A DNA stretch of 64,000 nt, from contig JBBSQY010000002.1 in assembly GCA_038243585.1 (NCBI GenBank), forward strand, positions 32,001 to 96,000. Direction: 5' to 3'. The stretch's first letter is position 1, and every line of letters begins with the position of its first letter. The notes beneath the pieces were generated by a model that saw nothing but the letters and a program-made list of their open reading frames with translations, had not been told where the DNA came from and did no database searches. This document shows positions 39,530 to 50,022 of this stretch, one piece after another. This stretch comes from Candidatus Sumerlaeales bacterium (GTDB taxonomy: Bacteria; Sumerlaeota; Sumerlaeia; Sumerlaeales; Sumerlaeaceae). A program made the position numbers and the translations under genes.

Positions 39530-39895
39530 TTACTCCTCATCTGTTTTTTCTCGCTTCTGATAAGTCGTATATTTATCGGCGCGCCCTCGAACTAATTCTG
39601 CTGGATACTTTTTACGATTTCGTTCAATCTTTTCGTTGGCAGCCTTCATAGGATCGATTCCGAGCTGATCTGCAAGCCGCACAAGATAAATCAGGACATC
39701 GCCAATTTCATCCCGCACTTCCGCCATTTTTTCCTCCGGCAAGTCTGCGCTCTGTTCCGCAGTCAGCCATTGGAATATCTCCAAAATCTCAGCAGCTTCG
39801 CCGGCCAGGGCCATCGCCAGATTTTTGGGCGTGTGAAATTGCTGCCAATCCCGTTCATCCACAAATTCCCGAAGCCGATCTCTTAGCTCATTCAT
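39530..39895 (-). CDS. MazG-like nucleotide pyrophosphohydrolase (dCTPase-like)
   Basis: ERDWQQFHTPKNLAMAL..EAAE..EIFQW..DEIGDV, NRKKYP. Confidence 0.92.
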   Translation of the reverse strand: MNELRDRLREFVDERDWQQFHTPKNLAMALAGEAAEILEIFQWLTAEQSADLPEEKMAEVRDEIGDVLIYLVRLADQLGIDPMKAANEKIERNRKKYPAELVRGRADKYTTYQKREKTDEE

Positions 39896-40041
39896 TAGTT
39901 TCCTGTCTCGTGTCGTCAGCGTACGAAACGCTAGCCACCGATGAATTTGTAATGCAAATGCTCGTTGCGAAATTGTGCAAAAAACCTGTTGCACTACATG
40001 TTTTTACTTGGTTATTCTGAAAGCCATATATAGAATCTTTT

Positions 40042-42906
40042 ATGGGATCAATTTTCATGTCTACAACGCCTATATTCCCCGGTCAATTATCGGATGTTGA
40101 AACAGAGGCTTTTTCTGAAGCACCCACTATTGTTGGGCCTTTTGAAGATAATTCGCAATTGTCGCTGTCACAACTTACCCGGGTAATCATTCCGCAGGAT
40201 CATGAGCCCATAAAGACGTCAGGTACCCAGGCGCCATATACGGAATCCTACAAAATTACACACGAAATAGGTTTTGGCGGCTACGGTGCCGTGTGGAATG
40301 GAATTCAGAACAACTTAAACCGGCGTGTAGCGCTAAAAACTTTAAAGGCGGACGTGGTCGCCAAGCCCAAGATCGAGCGGCTGATATGGTTATTTCGCCA
40401 GGAAGCCATGACTACAGCTCATCTCCAGCATCCTAATGTTGTGCCGGTATATGATCTGACAGAAGACAGCAACGGCCTCCCTGTTCTTGCTATGAAACTG
40501 GTGGAAGGGCGCCAATGGAACCGGGTGCTATCCGAAGATTTTACTTTGATCACACCTTTAGATTTTCTTGAACGCCACTTGGCGGTGTTAATTAGCGTAG
40601 CGCAAGCGGTCGCCTATGCCCACTCTCGTGGAATCATTCATCGTGATTTAAAACCCTCGCAGATTATGATCGGCAATTATAGTGAAGTTCTGGTCATGGA
40701 TTGGGGGCTGGCCATGGCAACCCGGGATAGCGACGGACAGGTCCTCTGCGATCCCAGCATCATAATCGATTCTCAGTCGCCGCTGATAAAGCCCATGACT
40801 CCCGCGGGAACGCCTGGCTATATGGCGCCAGAGCAAAAGATGAAAGACGCTACAAAGCTCGGGCCGTGGACCGATGTGTATCTGCTTGGGGCGATTTTGT
40901 ATGAGCTTTTGACTGGTCTGCGACCGCATGAGTCTATTAAACTCGGAGACCCGGCCGGCCTGCAGGCGCAAAATGATATCGTTAATCCACAGCTTCGAAC
41001 CCCCCACCGCGATATACCTGCGCAGTTATCTTCGCTTGCCATGACTGCGATGGCCACTGACCCTCGAGATCGCGTCGCCAGCGTTTCCGCATTTGCTGAC
41101 GATCTGCGGGAGTATCTGACAAAAGCTGGTAATCGAGGTGAAAGCATGACCTTGGTGACCAGCGTCGCGAATTCGGTTTTAGCTGATGAACTTACTTATG
41201 AACACCTGCAGAACTGTCTAGAAAAGCTGGATCGGGCACAAGCTCAATGGCCGGAAAACCAAATGGCTTCTTCTCTGAGACACCAGATTCTTGTGACTTT
41301 TGCCCGGTCCGCTCTCAATAACAATGATCTTATGTTGGCGCGCCTGCAGGCTGACCGGATTATGATTGAGTCAGAACGTTTACAGATCCTGAAAGAAATA
41401 GACGCCGCAGATCTGGATTACAAAACGCGCGGGCAGGAAATGTCGAAAGTGCGTTATCAGGTAACCGAAGAACGGGACCGCGCCGAGGCGCTCGTGCGTT
41501 TCATGCTTCTGGATCTTCATGCGGAACTGCGAACCCTGGGGCGCGTAGACCTTGTCCATAAAGTTGCGTGTGAAGCTCTAAATTTCTTCGACTCTCTCCA
41601 TGACGATGAACTCAACCATGAGAATTTGCTAAATCGCTGTACCGCATGTGTGCAAATTGGAGACGTACTTGCCGAACTCGGCCGGCGTGACGAGGCTGAA
41701 GGTGCCTATCGACGCGCCCTTGCCAGTGCGGAAGTGCTTGTTTCTGCGGATCCGGGAAATGTCAAATCGCGTCAGTTGACAGCAAAGTGCCTTGGATATC
41801 TTGGGAGGCTCTACTACGTCAAAGGACAGCTCGAGTTGGCACAACAGGAATATGACAAGGCTTTGCAGACGCAACTTGATGCTTTAGAACTTTCTGTCGG
41901 CAACGCCGAGCTGAGGCGAGGCATCGCCAATACCGCGCATGCTATGGCCCTGATTCTCTGGAGAAAGCAGAACTACGAAGCGGCCCTGCATAAACTCTCT
42001 GAATCCATAAGTTACGCCCGCGCCATACATAACGCAATGCCATCAAGCGTAGATCATCAGACGGACCTTGCGGTCTACCTTGCATCTCAAAGCAACATCA
42101 TGCGCGACCTTGGTGATACCGACGGTGCTCTTCAGGCAGCCCAGGAATCCCTTTCTATGAGGATTGCTCTCAGCGATCAGTTTCCCGGTGATTCCCGTCG
42201 GAAAGAAGAGGTGTACTGGGTGCGGGCGAATCTTTGCTCTGTCTTGCTGAAGCGCGGTGAATTTGAACGCGTACTTAATAATTTAAAGCCGGATATTGCT
42301 GAACGGCGCCGCATGTATGAGGAAGATCCACTTAACATATTGCGTACTATGGGGCTGACGTTTCACTTAAGCTTACTGGCAGAGGCTAATTTCCTGCTCA
42401 ATAAAACCGACGAAGCGGAACGGTTGTTGGCAGAATGCTTACTGCACTCTCGCCGGTTGGCGGATCAAGATGATTCTAATCCCGGAGCCATGAGCAGATT
42501 CGCCTTTCACCTTGTGCAAATGGCCGAGCTTCATGCGGCGCGCGGCCAGTGGAGTGAAGCTGAACGACTGGCGACTCAGAGTCTGCAAACGGCACGTTCC
42601 AGCTATTGGCTATCGCCAGATAACAATTTTGTGATGAGGCCGCTATTCCAAGCTTTGGCCATAAACGCGCGAATCTGTATGAGACACGGGAAATCTGTGA
42701 ACGCATCGCAACTCATGCTCGAAAGCCGGGATGTTCTAAGCCAAACAAAAGGGAACAGGGAATCCGCAGAGTACGAAAGTCTAGAGGCAAGAGTGGAGTT
42801 CGCAAGCGCAGATCCTGCTGCGCTACAGGCTCTGGTGAAACGCCTTCAAAACTCCAGAAGAATGGATCCTTACTTGGAAGCATGGGCAGAAGAGCAACTC
42901 TCCTAA
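40042..42906 (+). CDS. Hanks-type Ser/Thr protein kinase with C-terminal TPR-like repeats
   Basis: GFGGYG, VALK, HPNVVPVY, HRDLKPSQ, DWG, GTPGYMAPE, DVYLLG, then helical repeats. Confidence 0.9.
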   Translation: MGSIFMSTTPIFPGQLSDVETEAFSEAPTIVGPFEDNSQLSLSQLTRVIIPQDHEPIKTSGTQAPYTESYKITHEIGFGGYGAVWNGIQNNLNRRVALKTLKADVVAKPKIERLIWLFRQEAMTTAHLQHPNVVPVYDLTEDSNGLPVLAMKLVEGRQWNRVLSEDFTLITPLDFLERHLAVLISVAQAVAYAHSRGIIHRDLKPSQIMIGNYSEVLVMDWGLAMATRDSDGQVLCDPSIIIDSQSPLIKPMTPAGTPGYMAPEQKMKDATKLGPWTDVYLLGAILYELLTGLRPHESIKLGDPAGLQAQNDIVNPQLRTPHRDIPAQLSSLAMTAMATDPRDRVASVSAFADDLREYLTKAGNRGESMTLVTSVANSVLADELTYEHLQNCLEKLDRAQAQWPENQMASSLRHQILVTFARSALNNNDLMLARLQADRIMIESERLQILKEIDAADLDYKTRGQEMSKVRYQVTEERDRAEALVRFMLLDLHAELRTLGRVDLVHKVACEALNFFDSLHDDELNHENLLNRCTACVQIGDVLAELGRRDEAEGAYRRALASAEVLVSADPGNVKSRQLTAKCLGYLGRLYYVKGQLELAQQEYDKALQTQLDALELSVGNAELRRGIANTAHAMALILWRKQNYEAALHKLSESISYARAIHNAMPSSVDHQTDLAVYLASQSNIMRDLGDTDGALQAAQESLSMRIALSDQFPGDSRRKEEVYWVRANLCSVLLKRGEFERVLNNLKPDIAERRRMYEEDPLNILRTMGLTFHLSLLAEANFLLNKTDEAERLLAECLLHSRRLADQDDSNPGAMSRFAFHLVQMAELHAARGQWSEAERLATQSLQTARSSYWLSPDNNFVMRPLFQALAINARICMRHGKSVNASQLMLESRDVLSQTKGNRESAEYESLEARVEFASADPAALQALVKRLQNSRRMDPYLEAWAEEQLS

Positions 42907-42945
42907 GTACGGTAACAACCCCCGGTATTTCTCGTCCGGCGGGGT

Positions 42946-43809
42946 CTAAGGCTTTCGTGCCGCATTGAACTGCCCCTGATGAAAATCCAGGTGTTCCTCA
43001 ATACGCGCATTCCAGTACGCCCAGTTGTGGTCTCCAGGATACTCCCGGTAGACGTGCGGGATGTTCAGACGCGTCAATTTTTCATTTAGGCGCCGATTAT
43101 CTTCAACTGCGCCAGTCTTATCGCTCACCCCTGTATCGAAAAGCAGCGCCACACCAGCGGTTGTATAAGCTTCCGCGAGACAGTATACGCTATGAAGTTT
43201 CCACTCGTCCAAATGCTCCGGCTGCGTCCCGAGGAGCTCATCCAAGTTCCATTTTCCCGGGTGCGCCGAGATGTCTAGGATACCGCTCATAGATGAAGCC
43301 GAACCGAATAATTGTGGGTTTTTAGCGGCAAGTGACAATGCACCGTGCCCGCCCATACTCAGGCCGGCGATACCTCGTTTATTCCTGGATTTTGCAACTG
43401 GAAAACGAGCTTCCACATCCGTGATCAGGTCCCGGACGATTGCAGTTTGGTATTGGCTGCCCGACTGTAATTTACTATCCAGATACCAGCCAAACGATCC
43501 GCCTTCAGGCATGACGACAATCAGGTCGCGGTCCTTAAGCAGCTGGGTAAATGTGCTTTGCTCGGTCCAGTCCATGTGACTGCCTGTGGCGCCATGTAGC
43601 AGGTAGATCGTCGGATAGAGCATCCCCTTTTGCAAAGGCGACGGCAACGCGACCACATAAGATGTTATCTGGTCCAAAGCGCTGCTTTTGAAGGAAACGG
43701 TCTCAGTAGTAATTGCAGAGGAGCCGGCGGATCCGGTAAAAGGAGAAGTCAATATGCCAACCGCAAACAGGAATGGTCCAAACGGGAAGTTAATCATAAG
43801 GGTCATCAC
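42946..43809 (-). CDS. Secreted alpha/beta-hydrolase esterase
   Basis: YLLHG, GLSMGG nucleophile elbow, GDHNW. Confidence 0.88.
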   Translation of the reverse strand: MMTLMINFPFGPFLFAVGILTSPFTGSAGSSAITTETVSFKSSALDQITSYVVALPSPLQKGMLYPTIYLLHGATGSHMDWTEQSTFTQLLKDRDLIVVMPEGGSFGWYLDSKLQSGSQYQTAIVRDLITDVEARFPVAKSRNKRGIAGLSMGGHGALSLAAKNPQLFGSASSMSGILDISAHPGKWNLDELLGTQPEHLDEWKLHSVYCLAEAYTTAGVALLFDTGVSDKTGAVEDNRRLNEKLTRLNIPHVYREYPGDHNWAYWNARIEEHLDFHQGQFNAARKP

Positions 43810-44057
43810 AATCGGCTTAGCGAGATTGTCAAAATAAAAGACACAGAACCGCAGGCTAGATGTGGAATATTCTACCCCGTTAGCAGATTAAACTACTAAG
43901 TTTAATCAATGAATGTTACATCGCTATTCTGTAAAAGAGTGAAACAGCCCGGTAATATTGGCTTTGATGTACTGGCTGAAACATCTCAATTGTTCTGCCG
44001 TGGCATATATGTGGCTAGTTGATTAAAGGTTAGTATCTTGTGCACAGGGGTGGTTAC

Positions 44058-44561
44058 TTGAAGATTGCCATATTGACGGAATGTGAAGTTGACCTCCAGG
44101 AGCCCGAGTCCGATGCGGACACCGCAAACGTCGATGTTAAAAGAGAATGCGCGGACGATGCCAATGGACAAAACTTTCATAGGATGTTCGACGCTTTTTT
44201 TTCAGGCAAACATCCATTCTTCTGCCCCGAAGGACGGGCTTGGAATCCGCCTACAGACATTCTTGAAACGGAAAATGCGCTGGATATAAAAATTGAGGTG
44301 GCTGGACTTCGTGAGCAGGATGTGGAGGTTAAGGTAAATCAGGAGTACCTGATAATCCGTGGCGAACGCGCCGATCATAACCGCAAACCGGAATCCCGGT
44401 ATCACCTTATGGAAATTCATTACGGCAGTTTTGAGCGGGTCATACGTCTGCCTCATGCCGTTGAGGTTAAAAACATTACTGCCACTCTGCAAAACGGTTT
44501 TCTGTTTGTGAGAGTGCCTAAAGATAGCAACATTGCCGAGTATCGGATTGAAATTGAATAG
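44058..44561 (+). CDS. Hsp20/alpha-crystallin small heat-shock protein
   Basis: PPTDILE, EVAGL, IRGER, EIHYGSFER, NGFLFVRVPK. Start uncertain. Confidence 0.9.
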   Translation: MKIAILTECEVDLQEPESDADTANVDVKRECADDANGQNFHRMFDAFFSGKHPFFCPEGRAWNPPTDILETENALDIKIEVAGLREQDVEVKVNQEYLIIRGERADHNRKPESRYHLMEIHYGSFERVIRLPHAVEVKNITATLQNGFLFVRVPKDSNIAEYRIEIE

Positions 44562-44615
44562 CGTGTAAACGCCCCCCAGTAGAATCCACACATTAAGGAT
44601 TAATTAGCCTAAATC

Positions 44616-47069
44616 ATGAGCGAAAACGTCGCGGGTATAAAAATCGAAGAAGTTTCAAAAGGACAGGAGATTCCAGCGGCCCTGCCGGTTATGCCGTTGG
44701 AAAACGTAGTTCTTTATCCTTCGATGATCGCTCCAATAGTTGTGGGAGACGAAAAAAGCCGTAAGATGGTGGACGAGGCCTTAGCGGGGCAGCGCATGGT
44801 AGCGGTGCTGACCAAGCGCCCAGACGCCGATGGCGAACTCGATAATTTTGACAATCTTTACACCACGGGTACCGCCGCAGTTATCCTTAAGATGCTCAAG
44901 ATGCCTGACGGCACTATGCGCATTCTATTGCACGGCCTACAGCGAATTAACGTGGTGGAACGCATTTCGAGCAAGCCCTACCTGAAGGCTAAGGTTGAGG
45001 TTGTTAAAGAAATTGCCGCCCGACAGACTCGAGAAGTCGATGCCCTAGTCAAGAGTCTGCATGGCCTTCTTGGAAAAGCCATCGAATTGTCCAGCCTCCC
45101 GGAAGACCTGCGGGTTGCTGCTATCAATATAACGGATTCCGGACGACTAGCCGATTTAATCGCCAGCAACCTAAACCTGAAAGTGGACGAGCAACAGGAT
45201 CTACTGGAGGTTCTCGACGTAACTGAGCGCCTGAAACGTGTGCATTTCATCCTGAGCCGCGAGATCGAAGTGCTGGAACTGGGAAGTCGCATTCAATCCC
45301 GGGTAAAGACCGAGCTGGATAAGAATCAGCGCGATTATCTCCTGCGAGAACAGATGAAGGCCATTCGTCACGAATTGGGCGAAGATGAAGGTCCTGGACA
45401 AGAACTTGACGAGCTAGAGAAACGGCTGGAGAAGAAAGCGTTGCCCGATGCTGCGCGGGAAACGGCAAAACGGGAGCTCAGCCGCCTGCGTTCAATGCAA
45501 CCCTCCAGTGCCGAGTACTCCGTTAGTCGGACGTACCTTGACATCATCTTAGATCTTCCTTGGATGGAAAGCACAGACGACAGGATCGACATAATAAAAG
45601 CTCGCAAAATCTTGAACCGCGACCACTTCGATCTCGAAAAAACCAAAGAACGTATTCTGGAACATCTGGCAGTCCGCAAGTTGAAGAAGGATATGAAGGG
45701 GCCTATCCTGTGTCTGGTCGGGCCTCCGGGGGTGGGGAAGACCAGCCTTGGCAGGTCCATCGCTGCCGCCATGGGGCGGAAATTCGTCCGATTTTCATTG
45801 GGCGGTATGCGTGACGAAGCAGAGATCCGCGGACACCGCCGAACCTACATAGGTGCCATGCCCGGACGGATTCTTAAAAACCTGCGCCAGGTGGAAGCCA
45901 ATAATCCGGTGATGATGCTGGACGAAATCGACAAAGTCGGCAGTGATTACCGCGGCGATCCGAGCAGCGCCCTGCTGGAGGTTCTTGATCCGGAGCAAAA
46001 CGATTCCTTTGCGGATCATTATCTGGACATGCCGTTTGACCTGAGCAATATCATGTTTATCACCACTGCCAATCAGCTGGACACCATTCCCGGGCCGCTG
46101 CGCGACCGCATGGAAATCATCGAACTGACAGGCTATTCCCTGCGCGAGAAAATGCAGATCGCCAAGCAGTTCACTATTCCAAAGCAAATGAACGAAAACG
46201 GCGTGTCCACCAAGGACCTGACAATCACAGACGCAGCGCTGACCCGGCTCATCGAGGATTACACCCGAGAAGCTGGCGTGCGCGGCCTTGAACGCCAGAT
46301 AGGCGCCGTATGCCGAAAGGTGGCTCGAAAGGTTGCGGAAGGTAAATCGGAAAAGTTGAAGGTGACGCCGGAAGTGGTAAAGACACTTCTGGGGCCGCCA
46401 AAGTTCTACATGGATATCGCTCAGCGGGCGGGAACGCCGGGCGTCAGCATTGGTCTGGCCTGGACTCCCGTCGGCGGAGAAATTCTTTTTATTGAAGCCA
46501 CAATCACCATGGGGACCGGAAAATTTGTACTGACAGGTCAGCTCGGTGATGTAATGAAAGAAAGCGCTCATGCGGCGATGACGTATGTGCATACCGTCGC
46601 CGAGACCCTGAAAATTCCGGAAGAGCTGTTTTCGAAGCGGGATATTCATCTCCACGTCCCCGCTGGCGCCATTCCCAAAGATGGGCCGTCTGCGGGAACT
46701 GCAATGGCCACCGCCATCACATCTCTGCTGACGGGGCGCCGGGTGAAAGACTTTTTCGCCATGACGGGCGAGATTACACTTAAGGGCAATGTGTTGCCGG
46801 TTGGCGGCATAAAAGATAAGCTTCTGGCGGCCCATCGCGCTGGAATTAAGCAAGTCACGCTCCCGGAGCGCAACCAGGGTGATACGGAACAGTTACCGGA
46901 AGAGGTTCGCAAAAAACTGAAGATAAACTTCGTAACCCACATGGATCAGGTGCTGGATCTCGCTCTCGTCCGAAAAAAAGACTCGTCCGCCAGCCGCTTG
47001 TTATTGCCTATGCCTGAACCCGGAAAGCCTACGGGTGACACCCGGCCAACATCCGGTGTTAGTATATAG
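44616..47069 (+). CDS. lon: ATP-dependent protease La
   Basis: GPPGVGKTS, LDEIDK, PKDGPSAG catalytic Ser, GGIKDK. Confidence 0.97.
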   Translation: MSENVAGIKIEEVSKGQEIPAALPVMPLENVVLYPSMIAPIVVGDEKSRKMVDEALAGQRMVAVLTKRPDADGELDNFDNLYTTGTAAVILKMLKMPDGTMRILLHGLQRINVVERISSKPYLKAKVEVVKEIAARQTREVDALVKSLHGLLGKAIELSSLPEDLRVAAINITDSGRLADLIASNLNLKVDEQQDLLEVLDVTERLKRVHFILSREIEVLELGSRIQSRVKTELDKNQRDYLLREQMKAIRHELGEDEGPGQELDELEKRLEKKALPDAARETAKRELSRLRSMQPSSAEYSVSRTYLDIILDLPWMESTDDRIDIIKARKILNRDHFDLEKTKERILEHLAVRKLKKDMKGPILCLVGPPGVGKTSLGRSIAAAMGRKFVRFSLGGMRDEAEIRGHRRTYIGAMPGRILKNLRQVEANNPVMMLDEIDKVGSDYRGDPSSALLEVLDPEQNDSFADHYLDMPFDLSNIMFITTANQLDTIPGPLRDRMEIIELTGYSLREKMQIAKQFTIPKQMNENGVSTKDLTITDAALTRLIEDYTREAGVRGLERQIGAVCRKVARKVAEGKSEKLKVTPEVVKTLLGPPKFYMDIAQRAGTPGVSIGLAWTPVGGEILFIEATITMGTGKFVLTGQLGDVMKESAHAAMTYVHTVAETLKIPEELFSKRDIHLHVPAGAIPKDGPSAGTAMATAITSLLTGRRVKDFFAMTGEITLKGNVLPVGGIKDKLLAAHRAGIKQVTLPERNQGDTEQLPEEVRKKLKINFVTHMDQVLDLALVRKKDSSASRLLLPMPEPGKPTGDTRPTSGVSI

Positions 47070-47149
47070 GCGAGCACACATGGATCATTAAGCAAGTGCG
47101 CCGTAATTACGAACCGTCAGGCTCCTTCCGATCTAAATCAAGCCAGTAA

Positions 47150-47848
47150 CTAGGACTCTTTGAGCAGCCATTTAATGCGATATTTAACCAGCACCCACAG
47201 GGACACAAAGCCGTCGCTCCAATAGAGTTTTTTCCCCTCCTGATGGGAGCGGGGGAAGTAGTCAACCGGCACTTCCGCGATGCGACAACGGGCGCGGAGG
47301 AATCGAAGCGTTAGCTCTACCGTGAAAGACATGTCGCTTCGGTCGAACCGCATGGGCGAGGTGATCTCACGGCGAAAAACCTGGTAGCAGGTTTCGGCGT
47401 CGGTGAGCCTGGCGTTCCAGAAAATATTGAGTATGCCGGTGACGGTGCGGTTGCCCCAGTATTGTAGAGGAGTCATGTTTGGGCGGCCCCGGAGAAACCT
47501 GGATCCAAAAACGACGTCGGCCTCGGACTGCTGAATGGGGCGCACGAGATCGGGAAAGCAGGCGGGGTCCAGCTCCAAGTCGGCGTCCTGAAAAATAATT
47601 ATCTGGCCTCGGGCGGCGGCCATTCCTTCGCGAAGGGCTCCGCCGCGGCCGTTTCGAGTTTTCTGGTAGATCACCAAAAGATCGCCCCGCTGCTCCTCCC
47701 GCTGGAGAATTTCGCGCGTACCGTCCGTAGAGGCCCCGTCTACCACAACAATTTCCAGATCAAGAGGAACGGCACGCACAGCTTGGAGCACAGTAGCAAG
47801 CGTGGGGGCCTCGTTGTAAACCGGAATAATGACGGAGAGAAGTTTCAT
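47150..47848 (-). CDS. Glycosyltransferase family 2 (DPM-synthase-like)
   Basis: SVIIPVYNE, QDADLE, VFGSRF, EGKK. Confidence 0.9.
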   Translation of the reverse strand: MKLLSVIIPVYNEAPTLATVLQAVRAVPLDLEIVVVDGASTDGTREILQREEQRGDLLVIYQKTRNGRGGALREGMAAARGQIIIFQDADLELDPACFPDLVRPIQQSEADVVFGSRFLRGRPNMTPLQYWGNRTVTGILNIFWNARLTDAETCYQVFRREITSPMRFDRSDMSFTVELTLRFLRARCRIAEVPVDYFPRSHQEGKKLYWSDGFVSLWVLVKYRIKWLLKES

Positions 47849-49002
47849 GAAATGGCTTGTCTTACCGTATGAACGACTTCGCGAACGTGGGCGGGGGAAA
47901 GCTTGGGATGGAGGGGCAAGGTAATCTGGTGACTGGCGAAGGCGACGGCGTTATCCAGGGACGGAGATGAAGGCACCGGATTATCGGCGTACCAGGAAAA
48001 GGTGTGTATGGGCGGGTAATGGTGAGAGGTCTGGATGCCGGCAGCGTTGAGCGCTTTTGCGATTTGATCTCGGGTGGAGGGACTGTCACACAACAATGGG
48101 AGGATGTGGCATGCGGAACCGCTAATGTGCCTTATGACGGCCGGCGCAATTTTGACCTCCTTAATTCCATTGAGAAGGTCCTGGTATAGCAGTGTCAGCT
48201 CGCGCCGGCGGTCGTTTCCGTCGAAAAGCTTTTCCAGTTGAACCAGACCCAGGGCCGCCATTATTTCGGTGCCTCGGCTATTATAGCCTGGAAATCGAAC
48301 ATCATATCCGGAGGTTTGGGTGCTGTGGCGGGTCCAGGTGCCGACGGAAAGGCCGTGGCTTCGGGCGAGGCGCACCCAGTCTGCCAGGGCGGGATCATCG
48401 GTAATGATCATACCGCCTTCGCCGGTGGACAAATTCTTGTTGCTGAAAAACGAGAAGCAGCCGGCGGCGCCAAGCGTGCCGAGGGCGCGACCGGAGGCGG
48501 TGTGAGCGCCGGGGGAGTGGGCGCAGTCTTCAATCAGGTACACGGAGTGACGGCGGCAGATTTCGGCCACGGCTTCCGCGCCGGCATCGTGGCCGGCGTA
48601 GTGCATCAGCGCGACGGCGGCAATATCGTTTCGCGATTGGAGAAGCTGTTCGACGGCAGAGGCTGACAGAAAGGGAGACGTTTGGCTTTCTGTATCGCAA
48701 AGGACAGGAACGCCTCCCGCTGCAATAACGGCGCTGGCGGTGGCGACAAACGTAATATCTGGAACTATAACAGCGCGACGGGCAACGGGAGCATCCTGCA
48801 AAAGGTACCGGTAGACCAGTTCCAGAGCGCAGGTGCAGTTAGCCACGGCGATGGCGTGGGCAGATTGATGATGCGCCGCAAATTGAGTTTCAAACTCGGC
48901 GGTCAGTTGGCCCATGGTAAGCCAGCCGGATTCTAACACCTGCTGTACCGCCGCGGTTTCGCGGTGATCATAATTCAAATCGCTGAGGGGAATCCGCCAC
49001 AT
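47845..49002 (-). CDS. DegT/DnrJ/EryC1/StrS sugar aminotransferase
   Basis: TFVAT, IEDCAH, FSFFSNKNLSTGEGG, GYNSR, LPLHP. Confidence 0.92.
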   Translation of the reverse strand: MWRIPLSDLNYDHRETAAVQQVLESGWLTMGQLTAEFETQFAAHHQSAHAIAVANCTCALELVYRYLLQDAPVARRAVIVPDITFVATASAVIAAGGVPVLCDTESQTSPFLSASAVEQLLQSRNDIAAVALMHYAGHDAGAEAVAEICRRHSVYLIEDCAHSPGAHTASGRALGTLGAAGCFSFFSNKNLSTGEGGMIITDDPALADWVRLARSHGLSVGTWTRHSTQTSGYDVRFPGYNSRGTEIMAALGLVQLEKLFDGNDRRRELTLLYQDLLNGIKEVKIAPAVIRHISGSACHILPLLCDSPSTRDQIAKALNAAGIQTSHHYPPIHTFSWYADNPVPSSPSLDNAVAFASHQITLPLHPKLSPAHVREVVHTVRQAIS

Positions 49003-49122
49003 AGAGGGGTACGTAGCGACAGCGCGAGCGGGAGTGCAAAGTAAAATTTGCTATTGCGGAGCGAATCCCCATCATCCAGAAGACTGATCATCTGTATTAA
49101 TGTATGAAATGGGGTTCAGGTA

Positions 49123-49545
49123 ATGGGTTTTATCCAGGATTTTAAGACTTTCGCAGTTAAAGGCAACGTGGTGGACCTGGCAGTCGCCGTGGTTATTGGA
49201 GCGGCCTTTGGCAAAATTGTGACGTCGCTGGTCAATGATATCGTTATGCCGCCGATTGGTTATGCCATGCGGGGCGTCGATTTTTCGAAGCTTGTTTATG
49301 TTCTCGGCATGAACGCCGAGGGAAAAGCCGTTACGATTAACTACGGCAATTTTATCAACAACTGCCTTCATTTTCTGATAATCGCTTTTGCAATATTTAT
49401 AGCCATCAGACAGGTTGGCAGGCTGAAAAGAAAGCCGGAAAAACTGCCGCCGGAGACGCGGAAATGTCCCTTCTGCATGGAGGTTATCGCAACAAAAGCG
49501 ATAAAATGCAAGCACTGCACCGCAGATGTTCCCGCGACTATGTGA
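49123..49545 (+). CDS. mscL: Large-conductance mechanosensitive channel with C-terminal Cys4 knuckle
   Basis: [34 protein letters not shown] tail. Confidence 0.93.
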   Translation: MGFIQDFKTFAVKGNVVDLAVAVVIGAAFGKIVTSLVNDIVMPPIGYAMRGVDFSKLVYVLGMNAEGKAVTINYGNFINNCLHFLIIAFAIFIAIRQVGRLKRKPEKLPPETRKCPFCMEVIATKAIKCKHCTADVPATM

Positions 49546-49648
49546 CAGCGGGACGCGACGTAGAGAGGGATGTGCTTTACATCGAATAGGATTTGGCGAA
49601 GTCGGTAAAGAAGCAGGCATTCGCAGGACCATGCGAACGCAATCGGTT

Positions 49649-49735
49649 GGAGGGATGGCCGAGTGGTTAATGGCAACAGACTGTAAATCTGTCGTGCTTC
49701 GCACTACGGAGGTTCAAATCCTCCTCCCTCCACCA
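49649..49735 (+). tRNA. tRNA-Tyr(GTA)
   Basis: GGAGGGA/TCCCTCC acceptor stem, CTGTAAA anticodon loop, long variable arm, GGTTCAAATCC, encoded CCA. Confidence 0.96.
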
Positions 49736-49747
49736 CTCTTATAAATC

Positions 49748-49787
49748 AAGCGCCCGCCCAGCATTATCAAGCTGAGGCGGGCTTTTA
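49748..49787 (+). terminator. Rho-independent terminator after tRNA-Tyr
   Basis: GCCCGCC-CAGC..GCTG-AGGCGGGC stem followed by TTTT. Confidence 0.7.
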
Positions 49788-50022
49788 ATTTGCCCCCCGC
49801 TCGGCAGGATAGAACTATGGATGACTAATATGGGGCATTTGCCTAAGCGAGACCCTGGGCGCGAGATTGCGTTTTGCCGGGTTGCCCTATGAAGTAACGA
49901 TTTTTCTTTCAAGTGTCTGGGAGTTAGGAAACATCCAAGCTGTGCAGTCGGGAAGACGACGCGACTGCGTTCTAATTCATTTAGCCGTTGTTAAGTTCGA
50001 TCTACGAGAAGGACTGGTAGCA

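Noticed and set aside
39530..42906. MazG-like gene plus kinase-TPR as an anti-phage system
   Set aside because: The genes are divergent, both families are common standalone genes, and there is no defence-island context.
43880..43900. TTAGCA..CTAA upstream of hsp20-lon as a CIRCE element
   Set aside because: Does not match TTAGCACTC-N9-GAGTGCTAA in sequence or spacing.
45795..46853. Long antisense ORFs (e.g. 352 aa opposite lon, 284 aa opposite the ABC ATPase, 261 aa opposite the M42 peptidase)
   Set aside because: Shadow ORFs of well-conserved genes with no motifs of their own.
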